NCBI GenBank assembly: GCA_964016885.1
Contig: OZ024741.1
Location: 261,020,001-261,084,000, forward strand
DNA from: Eledone cirrhosa
Taxonomy: Eukaryota
Reading direction: 5' to 3'
Length of the DNA stretch: 64,000 bases
Positions 11,249 through 26,054 of this stretch are shown piece after piece. Position 1 is the stretch's first letter; every line of letters starts with the position of its first letter. The position numbers and the translations under genes were made by a program. Below the pieces are notes generated by a model. The model saw only the letters and a list, made by a program, of their open reading frames with translations, was not told the DNA's origin and ran no database searches.

Positions 11249-13183
11249 GTTTCGCTTTACGAGTGTTTCGGCGTACGAGTGTTTCGACTTACGAGTGTTT
11301 TAACTTACGGTTGTTTCGACTTACCCGTTTTTCGACTACGAATGTTCCGACTTACGAGTGTTCCGACTTACGAGTGTTTCGGCTTATGAGGGTTTCGACT
11401 TACGAGTGCTTCGGCTTACGAGTGTTTCGACTTACGAGTGTTTCGGCTTACGAGTGTTTCGACTTCCGAGTGTTTTGACTTACGGTGTTTCGGCTTAGAG
11501 TGATTCGACTTACGAGTGTTTTGACTTACGGGTGATTTGACTTACGGGTGTTGTGAATTACGAGTGTTCCGATTTACGAGTGTTTTGACTTACGGTGTTT
11601 CGGCTTACGAGTGATTCGACTTACGAATGTTTTGACTTACGGTTGTTTCGGCTTGCGAGTGTTTCGACTTACGAGTGTTTCGGCTTATGGGTGTTTCGAC
11701 TTACTAATGTTTTTACTTACGAGTGGTTCGGCGTACGAGTGTTTTGACTCACGAGTGTTTCGACTTACGAGTGTTTCGACTTACGAGTGTTTCGGCTTAC
11801 GTGAGTTTCGACTTAAGAGTGTTCTGATTTACGAGTGTTCTGACTAGCGGGTGTTCTGATTTACGAGTGTTCCGACTTACGAGTGTTTCGGCTTATTAGT
11901 GTTTCGACTTACGAGTGTTTCGGCTTACGAGTGTTTCGACTTATGGGTGTTTCGACTTACGAGTGTTTTTACTTACGGTGTTTCGGCTTACGAGTGTTTC
12001 GACATACGAGTGTTTTGACTTACGGGTGTTTCGACTTACGAGTGTTTCGACTTACGAATGTTTTGACTTACGGGTGTTTCGGCTTACGAGTGTTTCGACT
12101 TACGAGTGTTTCGGCTTACTAATGTTCTTACTTACGAGTGTTTCGGCGTACGAGAGTTTTGACTTACGAGTGTTTCGACTTACGAGTGTTTCGACTTACG
12201 AGTGTTTTGACTTACGAATGTTTTGACTTACGGGTGTTTCGGCTTACGAGTGTTTCGACTTACGAGTCTTTCGGCTTACGAGTGTTTCGACTTACTAATG
12301 TTTTTACTTACGAGTGTTTCGGCGTACGAATGTTTCGACTTACGAGTGTTTCGATTTACGGGTGTTTTGACTTACGGGTGTTTCGGCTTACGAGTGTTTT
12401 GACTTACGAGTGTTTTGACTTAAGGGTGTTTCGACTTACGAGTATTTCTGGCTTACGAGTGTTTCGACTTACGAGTGTTTTGACTTACCAGTGTTCTGAT
12501 TTACGGATGTTTCGACATACGAGTGTTTCGACTTACGAGTGTTTCGACTTATGAGTGTTTCGACTTACGAGTGTTTCGGCTTATGAGTGTTTCGACTTAC
12601 GAGTGCTTCGGCTTACGAGTGTTTCGACTTACGAGTATTTCGGCTTACGAGTGTTTCGACGTACGAATGTTTTGGCTTACGAGTGTTTCGGCTTATGAGT
12701 GTTTCGGCTTACGAGTGTTTCGGCTTACGAGTGTTTCAGTGTTTCGGCTTACGTGTGTTTCGACTTACGAGTGTTTCGACTTACGACTGTTTCGGCTTAC
12801 GAGTGTATCGGCTTACGAGTGTTTCGGCTTACGAGTGTTTTGACTTACGAGTGTTTTGACTTACGATTGTTTGGCTTACGAGTGTTCTGACTTACGGGTG
12901 TTCTGACTTACGAGTGTTCCGACTTACGAGTGTTTCGGCTTACGAGTGTTTCGGCTTACGAGTGTTTCGACTTACGAGTGTTTCGACTTACGGGTTTTTC
13001 GACTTACGAGTGGTTTGGCTTAAGGTGTTTCGGCTTACGAGTGTTTCGAGTTACGAGTGTTTTGACTTACGCGTGTTTTGACATACGAGTGTTTCGATAC
13101 GAGTGTTCTGACTTACGAGTGTTCCGACTTTACGAGTGTTTCGGCTCACGAGTGTTTCGGCTTACGAGTGTTTCGACTTACGA

Positions 13184-13250
13184 AAATAACAAATAGACGC
13201 GGTTTCAAATCTCTGATTTTCAAATTCATTACATTAATCTTTATTTATAC
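13184..13250 (+). repeat. 67-bp spacer, subtype B with 2-bp deletion
   Basis: Same deletion as 4988-5054 (offset 8196). Confidence 0.95.
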
Positions 13251-16200
13251 GTTTCGCTTTACGAGCGTTTCGACTTACGAGTGTTTCGACATACGAGTGT
13301 TTCGACTTCCGAATGTTTTTGCTTACGGGTGTTTCGACTTACGAATGTTTCGGCTTACGAGTGTTTCGGCTTACGAGTGTTCCGACTTAGGAGTGTTTCG
13401 GCTTACGAGTGTTTCCGGCTTACGAGTGTTTCGACTTACGAGTGTTTCGACTTTCGAGTGTTTTGACTTACGGTGTTTCGGCTTACGAGTGATTCGACTT
13501 ACGAGTGTTTTGACTTACGGGTGTTTTGACTTACGAGTGTTTCGGTTTACGAGTGTTTCGACATACGAGTGTTTTGACTTACGGGTGTTTCGACTTACGG
13601 GTGTTTCGACTTACGAGTGTTTCGGCTTACGAGAGTTTCGACTTACTAATGTTTTTACTTACGAGTGTTTCGGTGTACGAATGTTTTGACTTAAGGATGT
13701 TTCGACTTACGAGTGTTTTGACTTACGGTGTTTCGGCTTACGAGTGATTCGACTTACGAGTGTTTTGACTTACGGGTGTTTTGACTTACGGGTGTTGTGA
13801 ATTACCAGTGTTCCGATTTACGAGTGTTTTGACTTACGGTGTTTCGGCTTGCGAGTGTTTCGACTTACGAGTGTTTCGGCTTATGAGTGTTTCGACTTAC
13901 TAATGTTTTTACTTACGAGTGTTTCGGCGTTCGAGTGTTTTGACTTACGAGTGTTTCGACTTACGAGTGTTTTGACTTACGAATGTTTTGAGTTACGGGT
14001 GTTTCGGCTTACGGGTGTTTCGACTTACGAGTGTTCTGACTTACGAGTGTTCTGACTTACGAGTGTTCTGACTTACGAGTGTTCCGACTTACGAGTGTTT
14101 CGGTTTACGAGTGTTTCGACATACGAGTGTTTTGACTTACGGGTGTTTCGACTTACGGGTGTTTCGACTTACGAGTGTTTCGGCTTACGAGAGTTTCGAC
14201 TTACTAATGTTTTTACTTACGAGTGTTTCGGTGTACGAATGTTTTGACTTAAGGATGTTTCGACTTACGAGTGTTTCGACTTACGAGTGTTTCGGCTTAC
14301 GTGAGTTTCGACTTAAGAGTGTTCTGATTTACGAGTGTTCTGACTTGCGGGTGTTCTGATTTACGAGTGTTCCGACTTACGAGTGTTTCGGCTTATGAGT
14401 GTTTCGACTACGAGTGTTTCGGCTTACGAGTGTTTCGACTTATGGGTGTTTCGACTTACGAGTGTTTTTACTTACAGTGTTTCGGCTTACGAGTGTTTCG
14501 ACATACGAGTGTTTTGACTTACGGGTGTTTCGGCTTAAGAGTGTTTCGACTTACGAGTGTTTCGGCTTACGAGTGTTTCGATTACTAATGTTTTTACTTA
14601 CGAGTGTTTCGGCGTACGAGAGTTTTGACTTACGAGTGTTTCGACTTACGAGTGTTTTGACTTACGAATGTTTTGACTTACGGGTGTTTCGGCTTATGAG
14701 TGTTTCGACTTACGAGTCTTTCGGCTTACGAGTGTTTCGACTTACTAATGTTTTTACTTACGAGTGTTTCGGCGTACGAGTGTTTCGACTTACGAGTGTT
14801 TCGACTTAAGGGTGTTTTGACTTACGGGTGTTTCGGCTTACGAGTGTTTCGACTTACGAGTGTTTTGACTTAAGGGTGTTTCGACTTACGAGTATTTTTG
14901 GCTTACGAGTGTTTCGACTTACGAGTGTTTCGACTTACGAGTGTTTCGGCTTACGATTGTTTCGATTTACGAGTGTTTCGGTTTACGAGTGTTTCGACTT
15001 ACGGGTGTTTTGACATACGATTGTTTGGGCTTACGAATGTTTCGACTTACGAGTGTTTCGACTTACGAGTGTTTTGACTTATGGTGTTTCGGCTTACGAG
15101 TGTTTTGACTTACGAGTGTTTTGACTTACGGGTGTTTTGACATACGATTGTTTCGATACGAGTGTTCTGACTTACGAGTGTTCTGACTTACGAGTGGTCT
15201 GACTTACGGGTGTTCTGACTTACGAGTGTTCCGACATACGAGTGTTTCGACTTACGAATGTTTTGGCTTACGAGTGTTTCGGCTTACGAGTGTTTCGGCT
15301 TATGAGTGTTTCGACTTACGAGTGTTTTGACTTGTGGTGTTTCGGCTTACGAGTGTTTCGACATACGAGTGTTTTGACTTACGAGTGTTCTGACTTACGA
15401 GTGTTCTGACTTACGAGTGTTCTGACTTACGGGTGTTCTGACTTACGTGAGTTCCGACTTACGAGTGTTTCGGTTATGGGTGTTTCGACTTACGAGTGTT
15501 TCGACTTACGAATGTTTTGGCTTACGAGTGTTTCGGCTTACGAATGTTTCGACTTACGAATGTTTTGGCTTACGAGTGTTTCGGCTTACGGGTGTTTCGA
15601 CTTACGAGTGTTTTGACTTACGAGTGTTTTGACTTACGGTGTTTCGGCTTACGATTTGTTCGACATACGAGTGTTTCGACTTACGGGTGTTTCGACTTAC
15701 GGGTGTTTCGACTTACGAGTGTTTCGACTTATGAGTGTTTCGACTTACGAGTGTTCTGACTTACGAGTGTTCTAACTTACGAGTGTTCCGACTTACGAGT
15801 GTTTCGGTTTACGAGTGATTCGACATACGAGTGTTTTGACTTACGGGTGTTTCGACTTACGGGTGTTTCGACTTACGAATGTTTCGGCTTACGAGTGTTT
15901 CGACTTACTAATGTTTTTACTTACGAGTGTTTCGGTGTACGAGTGTTTCGACTTAAGGATGTTTCGACTTACGAGTGTTTCGACTTACGTGTGTTTCGGC
16001 TTACGTGAGTTTCGACTTAAGAGTGTTCTGATTTACGAGTGTTCTGACTTGCGGATGTTCTGATTTACGAGTGTTCCGACTTACGAGTGTTTCGGCTCAT
16101 GAGTGTTTCGACTTACGAGTGTTTCGGCTTACGAGTGTTTCGACTTATGGGTGTTTCGACTTACGAGTGTTTTTACTTATGGTGTTTCGGCTTACGAGTG

Positions 16201-17022
16201 TTTCGACATACGAGTGTTCAGACTTACGAGTGTTCCGACTTACGAGTGTTTCAGCTTATGAGTGTTTCGACTTACGAGTGCTTCGGATTACGAGTGTTTC
16301 GACTTACGAGTGTTTAGGCTTACGAGTGTTTCGACTTACGAATATTTTGGCTTACGAGTGTTTCGGCTTACGAGTGTTTCGGCTTATGAGTGTTTCGACT
16401 TACGAGTGTTTTGACTTATGGTGTTTCGGCTTACGAGTGTTTCGACATACGAGTGTTTTGACTTACGGGTGTTTCGACTTACGGGTGTTTCGACGTAAGA
16501 GTGTTTCGACTTACGAGCGCTTCGACTTACGAGTGTTTCGACTTACGAGTGTTTCGGCGTACGAGTGTTTTGAGTTACGAGTGTTTCGACTTACGAGTGC
16601 TTTGACTTACGAATGTCTTGAATTACTTCGACTTACGAGTGATCTGACTTACGAGTGTTCCTACTTACGAGTGTTTCGACTTACGAGTGTTTCGACTTGC
16701 GAGTGTTTCGACTTACGAGTGTTTCGACTTACGAGTGTTCTGACTTACGAGTGTTCTGACTTACGAGTGTTCTGACTTACGAGTGTTCCGACTTACGAGT
16801 GTTTCGACTTACGAGTGTTTTGACTTACGAATGTTCTGACTTACGGGTGTTTCGTCTTACGAGTGTTTCGACTTACGAGTGTTTTAACTTACGGGTGTTT
16901 CGACTTTCGCGTGTTTCGACTTACGAGTGTTTCGACTTACGAGTGTTTCGACTTACGAATGTTCCGACTTACGAGTGTTTCTACTTACGAGTGTTTCGGC
17001 TTACGAGTGTTTCGACTTACGA

Positions 17023-17091
17023 AAATAACAAATAGACGCGGTTTCAAATATCTATGCTTTTCAAATTCATTACATTAATCTTTATTTACAC
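17023..17091 (+). repeat. 69-bp spacer, subtype A
   Basis: Same as 8780-8848 (offset 8243). Confidence 0.95.
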
Positions 17092-17735
17092 GTTTCGCTT
17101 TACGAGTGTTTCGACGTACGAGTGTTTCGACTTACGAGTGTTTTAACTTACGGTTGTTTCGACTTACGCGTTTTTAGACTACGAATGTTCCGACTTACGA
17201 GTGTTTCGACTTACGAGTGTTTCGACTTACGAGTGCTTTGACTTACGAATGTTTTGACTTACTTCGACTTACGAGTGATCTGACTTACGAGTGTTCCTAC
17301 TTACGAGTGTTTCGACTTACGAGTGTTTCGACTTGCGAGTGTTTCGACTTACGAGTGCTTCGGCTTACGAGTGTTTCGGTGTTTCGGCTTACCTGTGTTT
17401 CGACTTACGAGTGTTTCGACTTACGAGTGTTTCGGCTTATGAGTGTTTCGACTTACGAGTGCTTCGGCTTACGAGTGTTTCGACTTACGAGTATTTCGGC
17501 TTACGAGTGTTTCCACGTACGAATGTTTTGGCTTACGAGTGTTTCGGCTTATGAGTGTTTCGACTTACGAGTGTTTCGACTTACGAGTGTTTCGGCTTAC
17601 GAGTGTTTCGACTTACGAGTGTTTCGGCTTACGAGTGTTTCAGTGTTTCGGCTTACGTGTGTTTCGACTTACGAGTGTTTCGACTTACGACTGTTTCGGC
17701 TTACGAGTGTTTCGGCTTACGAGTGTTTCGGCTTA

Positions 17736-18550
17736 TATATAAACGTTTCTATTTCCATCGTTTTATCGTAAACGTTTATATATTTCTATCGTTATATCAT
17801 AACGTTTATATTTCCGTCACTAATCTCTTTTTCTCCTTTTCCGTTTTAATATATATTTATTTCAAAGATTTCACCGTACAGATAACATATATATTTATAC
17901 ATGCATAAAAGACACACCGAGAGACGGTGAAAATGTGGTGCCAAAAACATTTCTCATCCAAATCTCAACAATATCAGTATATACACTAGATTTGCTAGCA
18001 GAAAACCGCCCACCGGGTGGTTTTCTGCTATTCTATATATATAAAACTGAGGATGTCTGTCTGTGTGTGAGTTTGAATCCCTAAAACTCGAGAACCACCC
18101 AACCGACTGTTTTCAAACTTTACACATGTAATAATTATGTTTCAGGGAGTGTTCTGAGCAAAGAATATTTCAAATTTTCAATGCCGTAGGGACCACATTA
18201 GGCGATTTAGCGATCTCTCTCTATAATTCTTAGTCTTTCTCTTTTTAGATAGAATTTTCAATGTCGTAGGGACCACATTAGGCGATTTAGCGATCTCTCT
18301 CTATAATTCTTAGTCTTTCTCTTTTTAGATAGATACATACATATGACGTCGTGCCCTTATAATATCTGTCTGTATGTCTTGCTGTCTGCATTATGTCACT
18401 TCCCTGAGGATGTCTGTGTGTGTGTGTGTCTGTGAGTTTGAATCCCTAAAATGCGAGAAGTACCCAACCGATTTTTTTCAAACTTTACATGTGTATTACT
18501 TATGTGTCAGGGAGTGTTTGTTATGCACATAAAATTCAACCTTTTGATCT
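17736..18550 (+). mobile_element. 815-bp island, copy 2 (offset +8243)
   Basis: Same junctions as copy 1 (GGCTTA|TATATAAACG ... TTGATCT|GGTGTTTTGAC). The only difference I could see is C10151 versus T18394. Confidence 0.6.
17996..18030. repeat. 35-nt hairpin, island copy 2
   Basis: Identical to 9753-9787. Confidence 0.95.
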
Positions 18551-19328
18551 GGTGTTTTGACTTACGAGTGTTTCGGCTTACGAGTGTTTCGACTTACGAG
18601 TGTTCTGACTTACGAGTGTTTCGACTTACGAGCGTTCCGACTTACGAGTGTTTCGACTTACGAGTGTTTCGACTTACGAGTGTTTCGACTTACGAGTGTT
18701 TTGACTTACGGGTGTTTCGACTTACGAGTGTTTCGACTTACGAGTGTTTTAACTTACGCGTGTTTCGACTTACACGTGTTTCGACTTGCGAGTGTTTCGA
18801 CTTACGAGTATTTCGACTTACGAGTGTTTCGACTTACGAGTGTTTTGACTTACGGTGTTTCGGCTTACGAGTGTTTCGACATACGATTGTTTCGGCGTAC
18901 GAGTGTTTTGACTTACGAGTGTTTCGACTTACGAGTGCTTTGACTTACGAATGTTTTGAATTACTTCGACTTACGAGTGATCTGACTTTCGAGTGTTCCT
19001 ACTTACGAGTGTTTCGACATACGAGTGTTTCGACTTGCGAGTGTTTCGACTTACGAGTGTTTCGACTTACGAGTGTTCTGACTTACGAGTGTTCTGACTT
19101 ACGATTGTTCCGACTTACGAGTGTTTTGACTTACGAATGTTCTGACTTACGGGTGTTTCGCCTTACGAGTGTTTCGACTTACGAGTGTTTTAACTTACGG
19201 GTGTTTCGACTTACGCGTGTTTCGACTTACGAGTGTTTCGACTCACGAGTGTTTCGACTTACGAATGTTCCGACTTACGAGTGTTTCTACTTACGAGTTT
19301 TTCGGCTTACGAGTGTTTCGACTTACGA

Positions 19329-19397
19329 AAATAACAAATAGACGCGGTTTCAAATATCTATGCTTTTCACATTCATTACATTAATCTTTATTTATAC
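19329..19397 (+). repeat. 69-bp spacer, subtype A
   Basis: Same as 11180-11248. Confidence 0.95.
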
Positions 19398-21669
19398 GTT
19401 TCGCTTTACGAGTGTTTCGGCGTACGAGTGTTTCGACTTACGAGTGTTTTAACTTACGGTTGTTTCGACTTACCCGTTTTTCGACTACGAATGTTCCGAC
19501 TTACGAGTGTTTCGACTTACGAGTGTTTCGTCTTACGAGTGCTTTGACTTACGAATGTTTTGACTTACTTCGACTTACGAGTGATCTGACTTACGAGTGT
19601 TCCTACTTACGAGTGTTTCGACTTACGAGTGTTTCGACGTACGAATGTTCTGGCATACGAGTGTTTCGGCTTATGAGTGTTTCGGCTTACGAGTGTTTCG
19701 ACTTACGAGTGTTTCGGCTTACGAGTGTTTCAGTGTTTCGGCTTACGTGTGTTTCGACTTACGAGTGTTTCGACTTACGACTGTTTCGGCTTACGAGTGT
19801 TTCGGCTTACGAGTGTTTTGACTTACGATTGTTTGGCTTACGAGTGTTCTGACTTACGGGTGTTCTGACTTACGAGTGTTCCGACTTACGAGTGTTTCGG
19901 CTTATGAGGGTTTCGACTTACGAGTGCTTCGGCTTACGAGTGTTTCGACTTCCGAGTGTTTTGACTTACGGTGTTTCGGCTTAGAGTGATTCGACTTACG
20001 AGTGTTTTGACTTACGGGTGATTTGACTTACGGGTGTTGTGAATTACGAGTGTTCCGATTTACGAGTGTTTTGACTTACGGTGTTTCGGCTTACGAGTGA
20101 TTCGACTTACGAATGTTTTGACTTACGGGTGTTTCGGCTTGCGAGTGTTTCGACTTACGAGTGTTTCGGCTTATGGGTGTTTCGACTTACTAATGTTTTT
20201 ACTTACGAGTGGTTCGGCGTACGAGTGTTTTGACTTACGAGTGTTTCGACTTACGAGTGTTCTGATTTACAAGTGTTCTGACTTGCGGGTGTTCTGATTT
20301 ACGAGTGTTCCGACTTACGAGTGTTTCGGCTTATTAGTGTTTCGACTTACGAGTGTTTCGTCTTACGAGTGTTTCGACTTATGGGTGTTTCGACTTACGA
20401 GTGTTTTTACTTACGGTGTTTCGGCTTACGAGTGTTTCGACATACGAGTGTTTTGACTTACGGGTGTTTCGACTTACGAGTGTTTCGACTTACGAATGTT
20501 TTGACTTACGGGTGTTTCGGCTTACGAGTGTTTCGACTTACGAGTGTTTCGGCTTACTAATGTTCTTACTTACGAGTGTTTCGGCGTACGAGAGTTTTGA
20601 CTTACGAGTGTTTCGACTTACGAGTGTTTCGACTTACGAGTGTTTTGACTTACGAATGTTTTGACTTACGGGTGTTTCGGCTTACGAGTGTTTCGACTTA
20701 CGAGTCTTTCGGCTTACGAGTGTTTCGACTTACTAATGTTTTTACTTACGAGTGTTTCGGCGTACGAGTGTTTCGACTTACGAGTGTTTCGATTTACGGG
20801 TGTTTTGACTTACGGGTGTTTCGGCTTACGAGTGTTTTGACTTACGAGTGTTTTGACTTAAGGGTGTTTCGACTTACGAGTATTTCTGGCTTACGAGTGT
20901 TTCGACTTACGAGTGTTTTGACTTACCAGTGTTCTGATTTACGGATGTTTCGACATACGAGTGTTTCGACTTACGAGTGTTTCGACTTATGAGTGTTTCG
21001 ACTTACGAGTGTTTCGGCTTATGAGTGTTTCGACTTACGAGTGCTTCGGCTTACGAGTGTTTCGACTTACGAGTATTTCGGCTTACGAGTGTTTCGACGT
21101 ACGAATGTTTTGGCTTACGAGTGTTTCGGCTTATGAGTGTTTCGTCTTACGAGTGTTTCGACTTACGAGTGTTTCGGCTTACGAGTGTTTCAGTGTTTCG
21201 GCTTACGTGTGTTTCGACTTACGAGTGTTTCGACTTACGACTGTTTCGGCTTACGAGTGTATCGGCTTACGAGTGTTTCGGCTTACGAGTGTTTTGACTT
21301 ACGAGTGTTTTGACTTACGATTGTTTGGCTTACGAGTGTTCTGACTTACGGGTGTTCTGACTTACGAGTGTTCCGACTTACGAGTGTTTCGGCTTACGAG
21401 TGTTTCGGCTTACGAGTGTTTCGACTTACGAGTGTTTCGACTTACGGGTGTTTCGACTTACGAGTGGTTTGGCTTACGGTGTTTCGGCTTACGAGTGTTT
21501 CGAATTACGAGTGTTTTGACTTACGCGTGTTTTGACATACGAGTGTTTCGATACGAGTGTTCTGACTTACGAGTGTTCTGACTTACGAGTGTTCTGACTT
21601 ACGAGTGTTCCGACCTTACGAGTGTTTCGGCTCACGAGTGTTTCGGCTTACGAGTGTTTCGACTTACGA

Positions 21670-21738
21670 AAATAACAAATAGACGCGGTTTCAAATCTCT
21701 ATGATTTTCAAATTCATTACATTAATCTTTATTTATAC
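21670..21738 (+). repeat. 69-bp spacer, subtype B
   Basis: caaatctctatgattttcaaattc. Confidence 0.95.
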
Positions 21739-24700
21739 GTTTCGCTTTACGAGTGTTTCGACTTACGAGTGTTTCGACATACGAGTGTTTCGACTTCCGA
21801 ATGTTTTTGCTTACGGGTGTTTCGACTTACGAATGTTTCGGCTTACGAGTGTTTCGGCTTACGAGTGTTCCGACTTAGGAGTGTTTCGGCTTACGAGTGT
21901 TTCCGGCTTACGAGTGTTTCGACTTACGAGTGTTTCGACTTTCGAGTGTTTTGACTTACGGTGTTTCGGCTTACGAGTGATTCGACTTACGAGTGTTTTG
22001 ACTTACGGGTGTTCCGACTTACGAGTGGTTCGGTTTACGAGTGTTTCGACATACGAGTGTTTTGACTTACGGGTGTTTCGACTTACGGGTGTTTCGACTT
22101 ACGAGTGTTTCGGCTTACGAGAGTTTCGACTTACTAATGTTTTTACTTACGAGTGTTTCGGTGTACGAATGTTTTGACTTAAGGATGTTTCGACTTACGA
22201 GTGTTTTGACTTACGGTGTTTCGGCTTACGAGTGATTCGACTTACGAGTATTTTGACTTACGGGTGTTTTGACTTACGGGTGTTGTGAATTACCAGTGTT
22301 CCGATTTACGAGTGTTTTGACTTACGGTGTTTCGGCTTGCGAGTGTTTCGACTTACGAGTGTTTCGGCTTATGAGTGTTTCGACTTACTAATGTTTTTAC
22401 TTACGAGTGTTTCGGCGTTCGAGTGTTTTGACTTACGAGTGTTTCGACTTACGAGTGTTTTGACTTACGAATGTTTTGACTTACGGGTGTTTCGGCTTAC
22501 GGGTGTTTCGACTTACGACTGTTTCGACTTACGAGTGTTCTGACTTACGAGTGTTCTGACTTACGAGTGTTCTGACTTACGAGTGTTCCGACTTACGAGT
22601 GTTTCGGTTTACGAGTGTTTCGACATACGAGTGTTTTGACTTACGGGTGTTTCGACTTACGGGTGTTTCGACTTACGAGTGTTTCGGCTTACGAGAGTTT
22701 CGACTTACTAATGTTTTTACTTACGAGTGTTTCGGTGTACGAATGTTTTGACTTAAGGATGTTTCGACTTACGAGTGTTTCGACTTACGAGTGTTTCGGC
22801 TTACGTGAGTTTCGACTTAAGAGTGTTCTGATTTACGAGTGTTCTGACTTGGGGGTGTTCTGATTTACGAGTGTTCCGGCTTACGAGTGTTTCGGTTTAT
22901 GAGTGTTTCGACTTACGAGTGTTTCGGCTTACGAGTGTTTCGACTTATGGGTGTTTCGACTTACGAGTGTTTTTACTTACAGTGTTTCGGCTTACGAGTG
23001 TTTCGACATACGAGTGTTTTGACTTACGGGTGTTTCGGCTTACGAGTGTTTCGACTTACGAGTGTTTCGGCTTACGAGTGTTTCGATTACTAATGTTTTT
23101 ACTTACGAGTGTTTCGGCGTACGAGAGTTTTGACTTACGAGTGTTTCGACTTACGAGTGTTTTGACTTACGAATGTTTTGACTTACGGGTGTTTCGGCTT
23201 ATGAGTGTTTCGACTTACGAGTCTTTCGGCTTACGAGTGTTTCGACTTACTAATGTTTTTACTTACGAGTGTTTCGGCGTACGAGTGTTTCGACTTACGA
23301 GTGTTTCGACTTACGGGTGTTTTGACTTACGGGTGTTTCGGCTTACGAGTGTTTCGACTTACGAGTGTTTTGACTTAAGGGTGTTTCGACTTACGAGTAT
23401 TTTTGGCTTACGAGTGATTCGACTTACGAGTGTTTCGACTTACGAGTGTTTCGGCTTACGATTGTTTCGACTTACGAGTGTTTCGGTTTACGAGTGTTTC
23501 GACTTATGAGTGTTTCGACTTACGAGTGTTTTTACTTACGGTGTTTCGGCTTACGAGTGTTTCGACATACGAGTGTTTTGACTTACGGGTGTTTCGGCTT
23601 ACGATTGTTTCGACTTACGAGTGTTTCGGTTTACGAGTGTTTCGGCTTATGAGTGTTTCGACTTACGAGTGTTTTGGCTTACGAGTGTTTCGACTTATGG
23701 GTGTTTCGACTTACGAGTGTTTTTACTTACGGTGTTTCGGCTTACGAGTGTTTCGACATACGAGTGATTTGACTTACGGGTGTTTCGGCTTACGAGTGTT
23801 TCGACTTACGAGTGTTTCGGCTTACGAGTGTTTTGATTTACGGATGTTTCGACATACGAGTGTTTCGACTTACGAGTGTTTCGACTCATGAGTGTTTCGA
23901 CTTACGAGTGTTTCGGCTTACGAGTGTTTCGACTTACGAGTGTTTTGACTTATGGGTGTTTCGACTTACGGGTGTTTTGACATACGAGTGTTTCGGCTTA
24001 CGAGTGTTTCGACTTACGAGTGTTTTGACTTACGGGTGTTTTGACATACGAGTGTTTCGATACGAGTGTTCTGACTTACGAGTGTTCTGACTTACGAGTG
24101 TTTTGACTTACGAGTGTTCTGACTTACGAGTGTTCCGACTTACGAGTGTTCCGACTTACGAGTGTTTCGGCTTACGAGTGTTTCCGGCTTACGAGTGTTT
24201 CGACTTCCGAGTGTTTTGACTTACGGTGTTTCGGCTTACGAGTGATTCGACTTACGAGTGTTTTGACTTACGGGTGATTAGACTTACGGGTGTTGTGAAT
24301 TACGAGTGTTCCGATTTAAAAGTGTTTTGACTTACGGTGTTTCGGCTTACGAGTGATTCGACTTACGAATGTTTTGACTTACGGGTGTTTCGGCTTGCGA
24401 GTGTTTCGACTTACGAGTGTTTCGGCTTATGGGTGTTTCGACTTACTAATGTTTTTACTTACGAGTGTTTCGGCGTATGAGTGTTTTGACTTACGAGTGT
24501 TTCGACTTACGGGTGTTTCGACTTACGAGTGTTTAGGCTTACGTGAGTTTCGACTTAAGAGTGTTCTGATTTACGAGTGTTCTGACTTGCGGGTGTTCTG
24601 ATTTACGAGTGTTCCGACTTACGAGTGTTTCGGCTTATGAGTGTTTCGACTTACGAGTGTTTCGGCTTACGAGTGTTTCGACTTATGGGTGTTTCGACTT

Positions 24701-25985
24701 ACGATTGTTTTTACTTACGGTGTTTCGGCTTACGAGTGTTTCGACATACGAGTGTTTTGACTTACGGGTGTTTCGACTTACGAGTGTTTTGACTTACGAA
24801 TGTTTTGACTTACGGGTGTTTCGGCTTACGAATGTTTCGACTTACGAGTGTTTCGGCTTACGAGTGTTTCGACTTACTAATGTTCTTACGAGTGTTTCGG
24901 CGTACGAGAGTTTTGACTTACGAGTGTTTCGACTTACGAGTGTTTCGACTTACGAGTGTTTTGACTTACGAATGTTTTGACTTACGGGTGTTTCGGCTTA
25001 CGAGTGTTTCGACTTACGAGTCTTTCGGCTTACGAGTGTTTCGACTTACTAATGTTTTTACTTACGAGTGTTTCGGCGTACGAGTGTTTCGACTTACGAG
25101 TGTTTCGATTTACGGGTGTTTTGACTTACGGGTGTTTCGGCTTACGAGTGTTTTGACTTACGAGTGTTTTGACTTAAGGGTGTTTCGACTTACGAGTATT
25201 TCTGGCTTACGAGTGTTTCGACTTACGAGTGTTTTGACTTACCAGTGTTCTGATTTACGGATGTTTCGACATACGAGTGTTTCGACTTACGAGTGTTTCG
25301 ACTTATGAGTGTTTCGACTTACGAGTGTTTCGGCTTATGAGTGTTTCGACTTACGAGTGCTTCGGCTTACGAGTGTTTCGACTTACGAGTATTTCGGCTT
25401 ACGAGTGTTTCGACGTACGAATGTTTTGGCTTACGAGTGTTTCGGCTTATGAGTGTTTCGTCTTACGAGTGTTTCGACTTACGAGTGTTTCGGCTTACGA
25501 GTGTTTCAGTGTTTCGGCTTACGTGTGTTTCGACTTACGAGTGTTTTGACTTACGACTGTTTCGGCTTACGAGTGTATCGGCTTACGAGTGTTTCGGCTT
25601 ACGAGTGTTTTGACTTACGAGTGTTTTGACTTACGATTGTTTGGCTTACGAGTGTTCTGACTTACGGGTGTTCTGACTTACGAGTGTTCCGACTTACGAG
25701 TGTTTCGGCTTACGAGTGTTTCGGCTTACGAGTGTTTCGACTTACGAGTGTTTCGACTTACGGGTGTTTCGACTTACGAGTGGTTTGGCTTACGGTGTTT
25801 CGGCTTACGAGTGTTTCGAATTACGAGTGTTTTGACTTACGCGTGTTTTGACATACGAGTGTTTCGATACGAGTGTTCTGACTTACGAGTGTTCTGACTT
25901 ACGAGTGTTCTGACTTACGAGTGTTCCGACCTTACGAGTGTTTCGGCTCACGAGTGTTTCGGCTTACGAGTGTTTCGACTTACGA

Positions 25986-26054
25986 AAATAACAAATAGAC
26001 GCGGTTTCAAATCTCTATGATTTTCAAATTCATTACATTAATCTTTATTTATAC
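25986..26054 (+). repeat. 69-bp spacer, subtype B
   Basis: Offset 4316 from 21670. Confidence 0.95.

Larger units (their letters stand above)
2200..23500 (+). repeat. ~8.2-kb higher-order repeat, about 2.5 copies (boundaries approximate)
   Basis: Landmark offsets are 8196 (3415/11611, 4988/13184), 8243 (7253/15496, 9493/17736), 8149 (11180/19329) and 8486 (11611/20097). Each unit has three short spacers and one island. Confidence 0.85.
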
